Shown: positions 29,563-40,472, numbered from the stretch's first letter. The stretch is 64,000 nucleotides of DNA from an uncultured Gammaproteobacteria bacterium (GCA_964348825.1 CAYGDX010000001.1:90909-154908), one strand, 5' to 3'. Translations and numbers: made by a program. Notes: a model not told the origin generated them from the sequence alone.

Positions 29563-30429
29563 TTGATTTATAAGATGTTCAAATTTTCAATTTTCAATTC
29601 CAATACTTTTTTTCCTCGCGGTAATGTACTTTTACTCGCCCTCCTTATGCTTGCCGGAGGTATGGTGGGCACTTTGGCTTTGACCTCAATTGTTACCAGC
29701 CAACTTCGCCAGTCGCGCGTGATTGATGCGGGTATGATTGCGCACTACGAAGCCGAATCGGCTTTGGAAGAAGGTTTGTATAGTGCTCGTAAATTAGAAG
29801 AGATTGATATTGCAAGCGCTCCAGATTGTTCAGCTAATGCAACAACTGGTGATTTGGGTTGTACTACAGTAAATTTTAGGCAGGAATTTGCGGGATCAGC
29901 GGATGTTTTGGTGTCATCTCTAAAAACCGACGAAACATTTGAATTAGATGTTAGTGAATCATCAATTATTGGTTTGACTTTAGAATGGTATCCAGCTCAC
30001 GATTATAATTTTGGACCACAATTAGCTATTACTTATGTTAATAATGAAAATGGTGTACCAACAATAACTCGCCCGGTGAATGGAGTATCTGGAGCGCCAT
30101 TCAATTGTGTTTCTAGTGACCCAGATACAATTTGTGAAAATCCATCATCCGCCTTAGACTTAGAAAATAATACCGAAAAAGTTCGTTTTCGTGCTCTATC
30201 TCCACAAAGTGTGGCAGCGTTAGATGGTGGTGATATAAAAAATTTAAAAATTAGACCAGTTTGTTTGGCGGGTGTTAGCCCATGTGTATTTAATAAGTAT
30301 GTTAAATTAAAAACCCGTGGTAAAAAAGGTGATGTGGGTTATACTGTGCAAGTTAGCATACCTACTTCCGTACCAGCTTATGGTATTGCTGATTATGTAT
30401 TATTCTCGGAGCAGGAAGTTAAGAAGTGA
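29563..30429 (+). CDS. PilX-like minor pilin
   Basis: RGNVLLLALLMLAGGMVGTLALTSIVTSQLRQS resembles the PilX N-terminal domain. Confidence 0.4.
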   Translation: MIYKMFKFSIFNSNTFFPRGNVLLLALLMLAGGMVGTLALTSIVTSQLRQSRVIDAGMIAHYEAESALEEGLYSARKLEEIDIASAPDCSANATTGDLGCTTVNFRQEFAGSADVLVSSLKTDETFELDVSESSIIGLTLEWYPAHDYNFGPQLAITYVNNENGVPTITRPVNGVSGAPFNCVSSDPDTICENPSSALDLENNTEKVRFRALSPQSVAALDGGDIKNLKIRPVCLAGVSPCVFNKYVKLKTRGKKGDVGYTVQVSIPTSVPAYGIADYVLFSEQEVKK

Positions 30430-30430
30430 A

Positions 30431-32671
<2,241 letters not shown>

Positions 32672-32682
32672 GTTAAGATAAG

Positions 32683-32841
32683 TGTGTCATTCCCGTGAAT
32701 CCGCCATCCGTCAACTGGTCGGAGGCGGAGGGAATCCAGAGACAAGTTGTTTCGAACCTAGAAGCTAGAATATAGAATCTAGATAAGTGCAGTCCAAATT
32801 ATAACTTCTAACTTTTATATTCTAAATTCTGGACACTTTGG
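32683..32841. repeat. Composite repeat, second copy flanking ligA
   Basis: gtgtcattcccgtgaatccgccatccgtcaactggtcggaggcggagggaatcc ... ctagaagctagaatatagaatctagataagtgcag ... ggacactttgg; matches 30431-30659. Confidence 0.65.
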
Positions 32842-32877
32842 ATTTCATTTTTTCACTTTTTACGCTACAATATCTCT

Positions 32878-33165
32878 ATGTCAGTTGAACAAATTAATGT
32901 GGAAAAACTCGCTCATTTAGCGCGGTTAGAGCTAAATACAAAGGAAAAAAGTACTCTGACGGATGACCTGCAGAGTATTTTGCAGTATGTGGCGCGGGTG
33001 CAGGAAGTTAAGGTTAAAGGTAAGTCACAAGCGGCAGGAGTAAATTATGAGCAAACCACGCGGGCCGATGAAGTAAAAACATGGGGCGAGGGTAGTGAAT
33101 TAGTTAAACAAGCACCCGAGAATGAAAATAATATGGTAGTAGTGCCGGGGGTGTTTGGGGAGTAG
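32878..33165 (+). CDS. gatC: Glutamyl/aspartyl-tRNA amidotransferase subunit C
   Basis: 95 aa; VEKLAHLARLELNTKEKSTLTDDLQSILQYV typical GatC. Confidence 0.75.
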   Translation: MSVEQINVEKLAHLARLELNTKEKSTLTDDLQSILQYVARVQEVKVKGKSQAAGVNYEQTTRADEVKTWGEGSELVKQAPENENNMVVVPGVFGE

Positions 33166-33392
33166 TTAAGTAAGAGTAAGAGCTTAGAGCTGTGCCCCGT
33201 ACTGTTTCCACTGAAGTGGAATCTAGTACGTGGGTAAGAGTGGCTTGCCCCGCGTAGTTTTAACGAAGTGGGGTCATTCCCGCGGAGGCGGGAATCCAGG
33301 AACAAAAAATCCTAAATAAATCTAAAATCTTAAATTCAAAATTTTTAAACATTTAGTTATTTGGATTTGATTTGACATTTAGATTTTGAAAT

Positions 33393-34877
33393 TTGAAATT
33401 AAATACTATGTCTTTAACCCAATACAATTTATCTGAATTAAGTCAGAAGATACAATCTCAAGAACTTACAGCCCGCGAAGTCGTGGCCGATTATTTAAAA
33501 AAATCAACGGCTGATTTTACGTCTAAAAAATCTTTAGGAGTTTATTTAACTTTGGCCTCAGAGCAAGCATTAGCTCGGGCCTCCGAAATTGATAAAAAAA
33601 TTACTGCAGGCGAAAATGCGGGAGAACTCGCCGGCGTGCCAATTGCAGTAAAAGATATAATTGTAACTCGCGGTATAAACACCACTGCTGGTTCTAAAAT
33701 TTTAAAAAATTATGTACCGCCCTATTCGGCTACAGTAGTGGAAAAATTAGAAAGTGTCGGCGCGATTGTAATTGGTAAAACTAATTGCGACGAATTTGCC
33801 ATGGGTGCTTCAGGTGAGAATTCGGGGTTTCATCCCACTCATAATCCGTGGGATGTGCTCCGCGTACCCGGTGGTTCATCAAGTGGTAGTGCCGCGGCGG
33901 TAGCGGCAGGGTTTGCCCCAGCGGCGCTCGGCACTGATACTGGTGGCTCAATTCGTCAGCCCGCAGCTTTTTGCGGTGTAGTTGGTTTTAAACCAACTTA
34001 TGGCCGCGTGTCGCGTTTTGGATTGATGGCCATGACGTCGTCGCTTGATCAAGCTGGGCCCTTTGCGCGTACAGTAGCTGATGCATCATTGTTACTTAAA
34101 ATTATGTCAGGTGTCGATAAGCGCGATGCTACTAGCGTTAACACTTCCGTGCCTGATTATCCAGCTTTATTAAATAAAGATATTAAAAAAATAAAAATCG
34201 GTGTGCCTAAAGAATTTTTTGGCGAAGGTCTTGTGCCTGAGGTAAAAAAAGTGGTTGAAGAGGCGATTGATAAATTAGCCGAACTTGGCGCAGAAATTAT
34301 ACCAGTTAGTTTACCGAGTATGCCTTATGCCCTCGCCGCTTATTATATTTTATGTCCAGCCGAAGTAAGTACAAATTTAGCGCGCTTTGATGGTTTGAAG
34401 TATGGAGAAAGTTTAAGAGATAAAGATTTATTTACTACTTTAGCTAAAACGCGCGGGGAATTATTTGGTCGCGAAGTAAAGCGTCGCATAATGCTGGGTA
34501 CCTTTGTTTTATCGGCTGGTTATTATGATGCTTATTATAAATCAGCCCTCGCCGCACGTGAAGCAATTAAGAGTGATTTTAATCGTGTATTTAAAGAAGT
34601 AGATATACTAGCTACGCCAACTACACCAACTACGGCTTTTGAGCTGGGGAGTAAAAATCAAGATCCGCTCGCTATGTATTTGGCTGATGTTTATACTGTG
34701 CCCGTAAATATCGCAGGGTTACCAGCTATTTCCGTGCCATGTGGATTATCAGCCGGACTCCCAGTTGGTTTACAGTTGATTGGTAATATGTGGCAGGAAG
34801 AGAAGATTTTGCAAATGGCGTATAATTATGAACAAGCAACGGAGTGGAGTAAATTAAGGCCAAAAATAAAATCTTAA
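33393..34877 (+). CDS. gatA: Glutamyl/aspartyl-tRNA amidotransferase subunit A
   Basis: Amidase signature GGSSSGSAAAVAAG...GTDTGGSIRQPAAFCG. Alternative start at 33408 (MSLTQ). Confidence 0.9.
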   Translation: MKLNTMSLTQYNLSELSQKIQSQELTAREVVADYLKKSTADFTSKKSLGVYLTLASEQALARASEIDKKITAGENAGELAGVPIAVKDIIVTRGINTTAGSKILKNYVPPYSATVVEKLESVGAIVIGKTNCDEFAMGASGENSGFHPTHNPWDVLRVPGGSSSGSAAAVAAGFAPAALGTDTGGSIRQPAAFCGVVGFKPTYGRVSRFGLMAMTSSLDQAGPFARTVADASLLLKIMSGVDKRDATSVNTSVPDYPALLNKDIKKIKIGVPKEFFGEGLVPEVKKVVEEAIDKLAELGAEIIPVSLPSMPYALAAYYILCPAEVSTNLARFDGLKYGESLRDKDLFTTLAKTRGELFGREVKRRIMLGTFVLSAGYYDAYYKSALAAREAIKSDFNRVFKEVDILATPTTPTTAFELGSKNQDPLAMYLADVYTVPVNIAGLPAISVPCGLSAGLPVGLQLIGNMWQEEKILQMAYNYEQATEWSKLRPKIKS

Positions 34878-34997
34878 ATCTTATTCATTGGAAAACTAGA
34901 ACATTTAAACATTAGAACATTTTAATAAAAAACTTTTTGTTCTTATGTTCTAGTGATTTAATGTTCTAGTGAAAATTATTACTCTTACTAAATAACC

Positions 34998-35570
34998 ATG
35001 GAAACCATACTCGCTCTCATAGTTCAATACGGTTACCCCTTACTTTTTTTAGGTGTGGTGGTGGAAGGTGAAATTTTCCCACTGGCCGCGGGCTTTGCGG
35101 CTTCCTTGGGATTGCTCGAAATGTGGTTAGTAATTTTAATAACCTTTGTTGGTGCAGTGATTGGCGATATAATTTGGTTTTGGGTGGCGCGTAAGTGGGG
35201 TCGAGCTTGTTTACTACGTTGGGGCCGGGTTTTATGGATTACCCGTAAACGTTTAAGTTGGCTAGAAGAACATTTTGCTGAGAATGGTAAAAAAACTTTA
35301 TTTGTTACTAAATTTATTTACAGTTTTGGTCACGCTTCTATAATTGTGGCGGGTATTGCGCAAATGAGTTGGCGTGAATTTCTTAAAGTAGATGTACCAG
35401 TCAGTTTGCTGTGGGCGATTTTATTTAGCTTGCTGGGTTATGTATTTGGCGCCAGTTTCTCGGTGCTGCAGCATGCATTACGCGATGTAACGCTCGCCGC
35501 TGGAATTGTTGTGGCAGTAATCGTTGGGCTTAATATTTATATTCGAAGAAAATTGAAGAAGAAAGTATAG
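34998..35570 (+). CDS. DedA/TVP38 family membrane protein
   Basis: VVEGEIFPLAAGFAAS motif and multiple TM helices typical of DedA. Confidence 0.65.
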   Translation: METILALIVQYGYPLLFLGVVVEGEIFPLAAGFAASLGLLEMWLVILITFVGAVIGDIIWFWVARKWGRACLLRWGRVLWITRKRLSWLEEHFAENGKKTLFVTKFIYSFGHASIIVAGIAQMSWREFLKVDVPVSLLWAILFSLLGYVFGASFSVLQHALRDVTLAAGIVVAVIVGLNIYIRRKLKKKV

Positions 35571-35793
35571 ATTTAAAATCCTAAATCCGAATATCTAAAT
35601 CCTAAATAAATCCCAATGATTAAAAGCCAAAATTGAATTTTAAATTATAGATTTTAAATCAATTTTTAATGACTTAATTTTAAAACATTTAAATATTTAT
35701 TAATTTAATCATTGAATAAAAATTTAAAATTAAAAATTTTAGTTATTTTTTAGAAATTAGATATTAGAGATTAGAAATTTTGAAAATTGCTTT

Positions 35794-36534
35794 ATGTTTA
35801 AAACCAAAGACAACAACATAAATATTAGTAAGAATAAATCATGGTTCCATCATTGGTGGTTTTGGCTTATCATTCTCATCATTTTCTGGTTTGGTGTGCC
35901 AATATTATTTAATTGGTTGTGGCCGGGCCAAATTATGGGTACTGGCTTTACGGTGCGTCCGGGGCAAAGTGAAGTTAAAAATCAAGGATTGGTACAAGTG
36001 GAAACTACTGATGATCCTAGCTTAGGTCCAGCCGATGCTCCGGTAGTAATTGTAGAATTTAGTGATTTTGAATGTCCGTATTGTCGCGCGGCTGCGCCGA
36101 TTATTCGCGCCGTGGTTAAAAATAATTATGAAGCAGTGCGTTTAATTTATCGCGATTATCCGGTAGTTGAAATTCATCCGCAATCTATTCCAGCCGCTCA
36201 AGCGGCAAATTGTGCTGCTGAGCAAAAAAAATTCTGGGAGTACCATGATTTATTATTTGTCAATCAAGAAAAATTAGGTGAACCACTTTATAACGAATTA
36301 GCCGTAAAATTAAAATTAGATATGGTTACTTTCGCGTCTTGCCTTAATAATAAAAGTGTTTTAATGGAAATGAAAGATGATTTAGAAGCAGGATTTAAGG
36401 CTGGTGTACGCGGTACGCCCACTTGGTTTGTGAATGGTCGTAAAATTGAAGGGGTGATAAGTAAAAATGATTGGCAAAAAATTATCCAAGCGGCGATAAA
36501 AGAGAAGTTTAGTAAGAGTAACAGTGGAGAGTAA
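35794..36534 (+). CDS. DsbA-family thiol:disulfide oxidoreductase, membrane-anchored (paralog 1)
   Basis: N-terminal TM. Thioredoxin active site FECPYC in a DsbA-like fold. Confidence 0.7.
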   Translation: MFKTKDNNINISKNKSWFHHWWFWLIILIIFWFGVPILFNWLWPGQIMGTGFTVRPGQSEVKNQGLVQVETTDDPSLGPADAPVVIVEFSDFECPYCRAAAPIIRAVVKNNYEAVRLIYRDYPVVEIHPQSIPAAQAANCAAEQKKFWEYHDLLFVNQEKLGEPLYNELAVKLKLDMVTFASCLNNKSVLMEMKDDLEAGFKAGVRGTPTWFVNGRKIEGVISKNDWQKIIQAAIKEKFSKSNSGE

Positions 36535-36590
36535 GAGTTTTTTAAAAATCCGAAATTCGAATATCTAAATCCTAAATAAATTCCAAAAGT

Positions 36591-36760
36591 CGTGCGGCCT
36601 CGTCGTAGGGTTTGTACAGAGCGCAAGGCAAACGAGCGTCCGGTTCGGGCGTGCTGTGGTAGTTGTGCATAGCCCGAACCAGCTCGTTTGGCGAGCACTG
36701 TTCAAACCCGAAGACACAGGCCGCGATTCTTGGTTACTTCTATTAAAGAAGTAACAAAAT
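36591..36760 (+). repeat. Structured about-170-nt element (family C), forward orientation; possible small ncRNA or cruciform-forming MITE
   Basis: Long stem caaacgagcgtccggttcgggc...gcccgaaccagctcgtttg plus terminal hairpin ggttacttct-attaa-agaagtaacc. Related copies at 37667-37853 (reverse), 39899-40170 (with about 100-nt hairpin insertion), 52622-52850 (diverged). Confidence 0.5.
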
Positions 36761-36855
36761 AAATCATTAATTAAATTTTAGAAATTTTGTTATATTTATT
36801 TCCCATGTTATACTTAAAATACTTTATTTAACCATTTATTATTTTTTATTACATT

Positions 36856-37632
36856 ATGTCTGAACTTTACAATAAGCCAAGTTTGTTTGCCGGTGCTTCA
36901 CCAAAGTTTACATTTATTATGGGTTTGGTAACAGGTGTAGCGGCAGTGAGTTTAATTGGTTTTGTGCTCATCGCTACTTCGGCTACTCCAGGATTATTAG
37001 CTAAGTTAGGTAACAATCTAGCAGTTAATCCATCACCACAAGCGGGTGCGCCTAATGCGCCGGGCGGAGAGGTGCCTCCACCACCACTTGGAAAACAAGA
37101 TGTTAAAGTAAAATCATCAGATTATATTCGGGGGAGCAAAAATGCGCCAGTTACTGTAATTACATATTCCGATTTAGAATGTCCATTTTGTAAAAGATTT
37201 CATCCTGGTGTGCTTAAGTTAATGAATGATTATAAAGGTAAGGTACGTTTAATTTATCGTCATTTTCCATTATCATTCCATGCTAATGCCCAAAAAGAGG
37301 CCGAAGCTTCGGAATGTGTAGGCAAGTTGGGTGGGGCTGACAAGTATTGGAGTTTTATTGATAAAATTTTTGAGCGCACTACCACCAATGGTACTGGTTT
37401 TGCTTTAGATAAACTTGGGCCACTAGCAAAAGAAGTAGGTGTGGATCAAGCCAAATTTCAGAAATGTTTAGATGATTCCGAATTTGCCGCCAAAGTGCAA
37501 ACCGATTTGCAAGAAGGTGCGGGTTTTGGCGTGGGTGGTACACCAACTACATTTGTAAATGGTACACCGGTGGAAGGCGCCGTGCCGTTTGAGCAATTGA
37601 AAGCCGTGGTGGATCAAGAGTTAGCAAAATAA
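36856..37632 (+). CDS. DsbA-family thiol:disulfide oxidoreductase (paralog 2)
   Basis: N-terminal TM, active site LECPFC. Confidence 0.7.
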   Translation: MSELYNKPSLFAGASPKFTFIMGLVTGVAAVSLIGFVLIATSATPGLLAKLGNNLAVNPSPQAGAPNAPGGEVPPPPLGKQDVKVKSSDYIRGSKNAPVTVITYSDLECPFCKRFHPGVLKLMNDYKGKVRLIYRHFPLSFHANAQKEAEASECVGKLGGADKYWSFIDKIFERTTTNGTGFALDKLGPLAKEVGVDQAKFQKCLDDSEFAAKVQTDLQEGAGFGVGGTPTTFVNGTPVEGAVPFEQLKAVVDQELAK

Positions 37633-37666
37633 TATAGAATTAAAATTAGTTTATTTGTTTTTTTGT

Positions 37667-37853
37667 CACTTCTCTAGGAGAAGTAACCAAGAGTCGCAAC
37701 CTTTGTCTCCAAGTCAGGCAGTACTCGTCAAACTCGCTGGTCAGGCCTATGCACATCGACCACAAACACGGCCTGACCGGACGCTCGTTTAACTTCCCTG
37801 CCTACCGGCAGGCAGGCGCTCTGCACTGACTTTACGACGAGGTTGCACAACGG
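37667..37853 (-). repeat. Family C structured element, inverted orientation, with compensatory stem changes
   Basis: Reverse-complement alignment to 36591-36760. Stem ggttcgggc/gcccgaacc is replaced by ggtcaggcc/ggcctgacc (covariation). Extra hairpin cctgcctaccggcaggcagg. Confidence 0.5.
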
Positions 37854-37876
37854 TTAATTTTTCATTTTGATTTTTT

Positions 37877-38476
37877 ATGAATAAGAAAAATTTAATTATT
37901 GCTCTAGTTGTGATAGTAGTAGTTTTGGTTGGTTTGTGGCAATGGAGTCGGCAAGATGCACCTTCATACCCGGAAGTTAATTCGCCGCGGCCATTTTTAG
38001 GGTTAGCAGATTCTAAAGTGGTGGTAGAAGAATTTTCTGATTTCCAATGTCCAGCTTGTAAAGCGGCTCAACCAATAGTTAAGGATTTGATTGAAACTTT
38101 GGGTGGTCGTATAAAATTTAGTTATCGCCATTTCCCTTTACTTACTATTCACACGCAGGCCTTCCGCGCCGCGCTCGCTTCCGAATGTGCTAATGATCAA
38201 GGTAAATTTTGGGAATACCACGATATTTTATTTGAGAAACAGCCAGCATTTTCACCCGAGGATTTAAAGGCCTATGCTGGTCAGCTTGGACTTAAAACGG
38301 ATGATTTTGCGGCTTGTCTTGATTCCCGCGCTAAAAATAAAGTGGTGCGTGAGGAAATGAAAGAAGGTGACAAAAGAAATGTAAACGGCACCCCAACTTT
38401 TTTCTTGAATGGTGAGAAAGTAGAGGATTGGAGTAAACTTAAGGAATTGATTCAGGCGAAGCTAGTCGGCGGTTAG
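37877..38476 (+). CDS. DsbA-family thiol:disulfide oxidoreductase (paralog 3)
   Basis: N-terminal TM, active site FQCPAC. Confidence 0.7.
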   Translation: MNKKNLIIALVVIVVVLVGLWQWSRQDAPSYPEVNSPRPFLGLADSKVVVEEFSDFQCPACKAAQPIVKDLIETLGGRIKFSYRHFPLLTIHTQAFRAALASECANDQGKFWEYHDILFEKQPAFSPEDLKAYAGQLGLKTDDFAACLDSRAKNKVVREEMKEGDKRNVNGTPTFFLNGEKVEDWSKLKELIQAKLVGG

Positions 38477-38680
38477 GTGGTAGCATGTAGCTTGTAGTGG
38501 TTGTCATTGCGAGAAGCGAGTTAAACGAGCGACAAAGCAATCACTTAAAATCACTAATAACTAATTCCTAATATCTAATAATGACTAATGACTAAAATAA
38601 AAAAATTAGACATTCGTCCGCCAGCTGGCGGATTGGGATTTTTTAGAAATTAGATATTAGAGATTAGTCATTCTAAAATA

Positions 38681-39496
38681 ATGTTTACCTTACTCCATAA
38701 CACCATTCCTAGTGCCATCGCTGTAACCATCGGTCCCGTGCCAATTCGTTGGTACGGGATTATGTTAACCATCGCGGTTTTCGCGGGTTATTTTTTAGCG
38801 CGACATTATTTTGGTAAAGCGGGACACAACAAAGCCAAATTTGATAATTTATTTTTGCCGCTAGTGTTAATTGGTTTGCTGGGCGCGCGCCTCACTAATG
38901 TTTTTTTGTTTGAATGGTGGTACTTTAAAAATCACTTATCAGAAATTTTTAATATTTGGCAAGGCGGGTTAGCTTTCCACGGCGCAATTATTTTTGGTGG
39001 AGTTTATTTGTGGCAGTGGTGTAAAAAGCAAAGCATAAATTTTTTATCACTCCTTGATATTTTAGCGCCAGCACTCACAGTGGGACAGGCGATTGGTCGA
39101 TTTGGGAATTATTTTAATCAAGAGCTTTTTGGGTTGCCCACTAATTTGCCGTGGGGAATTCCGATTGCGGAAGATCTCCGCCCCAGCCAATTTAGCATTC
39201 AAGAATATTTTCACCCTACATTTTTATACGAATCAATTGGATTAATAATTTTAACTATTATTTTATTATTACTCGGGCGGCGCACCAAACCAGCTGGTTC
39301 AATTTTTGCTTATTATTTAATTGGTAGTGGGCTATTGCGCTTCGCTTTAGAGTTTATTCGAGTAGATGAACAGTTAATTGTTTGGGGTATTAGGATTGGA
39401 TTACTTATTGGATTTATAACAATCTTAGTTGGTTTGTTTTTGTTATTATATAGAATATATAAGAGTAAAAATGTAAAAATAAAAATCCCTAATTAA
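38681..39496 (+). CDS. lgt: Prolipoprotein diacylglyceryl transferase
   Basis: Lgt signature IRWYGIMLTIAVFAGYFLA and GRFGNYFNQELFG. Multi-TM. Confidence 0.85.
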   Translation: MFTLLHNTIPSAIAVTIGPVPIRWYGIMLTIAVFAGYFLARHYFGKAGHNKAKFDNLFLPLVLIGLLGARLTNVFLFEWWYFKNHLSEIFNIWQGGLAFHGAIIFGGVYLWQWCKKQSINFLSLLDILAPALTVGQAIGRFGNYFNQELFGLPTNLPWGIPIAEDLRPSQFSIQEYFHPTFLYESIGLIILTIILLLLGRRTKPAGSIFAYYLIGSGLLRFALEFIRVDEQLIVWGIRIGLLIGFITILVGLFLLLYRIYKSKNVKIKIPN

Positions 39497-39520
39497 CTTA
39501 GGGATTTTTAGTTTTTCATT

Positions 39521-39565
39521 TGGCGGGCCCGGCCGGATTCGAACCGGTGATCTTCTCCGTGACCC
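39521..39565 (-). repeat. Duplicate of the 3' half of tRNA-Asp (anticodon-stem 3' strand through CCA)
   Basis: Reverse complement tcacGGAGAAGATCACCGGTTCGAATCCGGCCGGGCCCGCCA is identical to the 3' 42 nt of the intact tRNA at 39619-39696. Preceded by hairpin ccccgtagagacacgcttgtcttctacgggg instead of a tRNA 5' half. Confidence 0.6.
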
Positions 39566-39618
39566 CGTAGAAGACAAGCGTGTCTCTACGGGGCACAGCA
39601 GTGAGGTATTTGATTATT

Positions 39619-39696
39619 TGGCGGGCCCGGCCGGATTCGAACCGGTGATCTTCTCCGTGACAGGGAGACGTGTTAACCGGGCTACACCACGGGCCC
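39619..39696 (-). tRNA. tRNA-Asp (anticodon GUC), CCA encoded
   Basis: Reverse complement folds as GGGCCCG-TG-GTGT-AGCCCGGTTA-ACAC-G-TCTCC-CTGTCAC-GGAGA-AGATC-ACCGG-TTCGAAT-CCGGC-CGGGCCC-G-CCA. Perfect 7-bp acceptor stem, U33, A37. One A.C mismatch closing the T-stem. Confidence 0.7.
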
Positions 39697-39739
39697 AGCA
39701 AATAATCAAATTAATTTTGTTTAGGGCTACTGCGCCCCG

Positions 39740-39790
39740 TAGACCAAAAGGTTCTTCGGGGCACCACGGGCCCAGCAAAGGAAAAACAGA
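39740..39790 (-). repeat. Duplicate of tRNA-Asp 5' end interrupted by a ccccg..cgggg hairpin
   Basis: Reverse complement GGGCCCGTGGTG-[ccccgaagaaccttttggtctacgggg cgca]-GTAGCCC matches the first 12 nt of the tRNA. After the hairpin it resumes with D-loop nt GTAGCCC, then diverges. Confidence 0.5.
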
Positions 39791-39898
39791 CGCTTTATTA
39801 ATATAGCAGAAACAATATTTATTTCAAGGGGTATATTAAAAATCCTAAATCCGAAACCCAAACTTCTAAATAAATCAAAAATCCCAATTCCCAAAAGT

Positions 39899-40170
39899 CG
39901 TGTGGCCTCGTCGTAGGGTTTGTACAGAGCGCAAGGCAAACGAGCGTCCGGTTCGGGCGTGCTGTGGTAGTTGTGCACCCGCCTGCCGAAGCTGTTTCCC
40001 CAAGTTAACGTACGATGATTAGTATACTTTAGTTAACTATTAGAAATACTAAAACTAAGTTGGGCTAGCGGCGGGCAGGTAGCCCGAACCAGCTCGTTTG
40101 GCGAGCACTGTTCAAACCCGTAGACAAAGGCCGCGATTCTTGGTTACTTCTACTAAAGAAGTAACAAAAT
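39899..40170 (+). repeat. Family C structured element with about 100-nt hairpin insertion
   Basis: Same 5' (cgtgtggcctcgtcgtagggtttgtacagagcgcaaggcaaacgagcgtccggttcgggcgtgctgtggtagttgtgca) and 3' (agcccgaaccagctcgtttggcgagcactgttcaaacccg...ggttacttctactaaagaagtaac) arms as 36591-36760. Inserted stem-loop cccgcctgccg...cggcgggcaggt. Confidence 0.5.
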
Positions 40171-40174
40171 CGGT

Positions 40175-40203
40175 TTGACAACTTTCGAAATTTCCTGTAT
40201 AAT
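40175..40203 (+). promoter_or_regulatory. Consensus sigma-70-type promoter (TTGACA-17 nt-TATAAT)
   Basis: ttgaca at 40175-40180, 17-nt spacer, tataat at 40198-40203. Immediately abuts the 3' end of the family C element. Confidence 0.6.
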
Positions 40204-40237
40204 AGATATATAAATAATAAAACAAATACAAAAATTT

Positions 40238-40423
40238 ATGCGGCCGGGATTTCAATCCAATTTTCAAGCTAATTCTAAGAAGCGCGTAGGCGCTGGTTCT
40301 AACTATGTTTGTACATGGCGCAAACCAACCAGTACTAACCTTTGGCCGAGAGTTTGGCAGCAAATTCGTCGCGGCGCACTTTGGATTTTATTTGATGAAA
40401 CTTTTACTTCCACCCACCACTAA
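40238..40423 (+). other. Leader region: 61-codon basic Trp-containing ORF or small ncRNA, ending inside a terminator loop
   Basis: No Shine-Dalgarno. ORF stop codon TAA (40421-40423) lies in the loop of the first terminator hairpin. Region bounded by a perfect promoter and tandem terminators. Confidence 0.3.
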
Positions 40424-40470
40424 GGTGTGGTGTTTTTATTTTAAGCCGTAACACACGGCTTAGTTTTGTT
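40415..40470 (+). terminator. Two tandem rho-independent terminators directly upstream of the 923-aa gene start
   Basis: caccac-taaggt-gtggtg followed by tttttatttt, then aagccgt-aacac-acggctt followed by agttttgtttt. The second ends 3 nt before ATG at 40473. Confidence 0.6.
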
Positions 40471-40472
40471 TT

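Noticed and set aside
39521-39790. Split or permuted tRNA (Nanoarchaeum-style) interpretation of the tRNA-Asp half copies
   Set aside because: The hairpins joined to the half copies are ordinary members of the ccccg...cgggg repeat family, not complementary leader/trailer pairs. An intact tRNA-Asp lies between them, so duplication or insertion is more parsimonious.
39516-39806. Two 61-62-aa ORFs (both strands) across the tRNA-Asp region
   Set aside because: They overlap a clear tRNA and its duplicated fragments. No coding signal.
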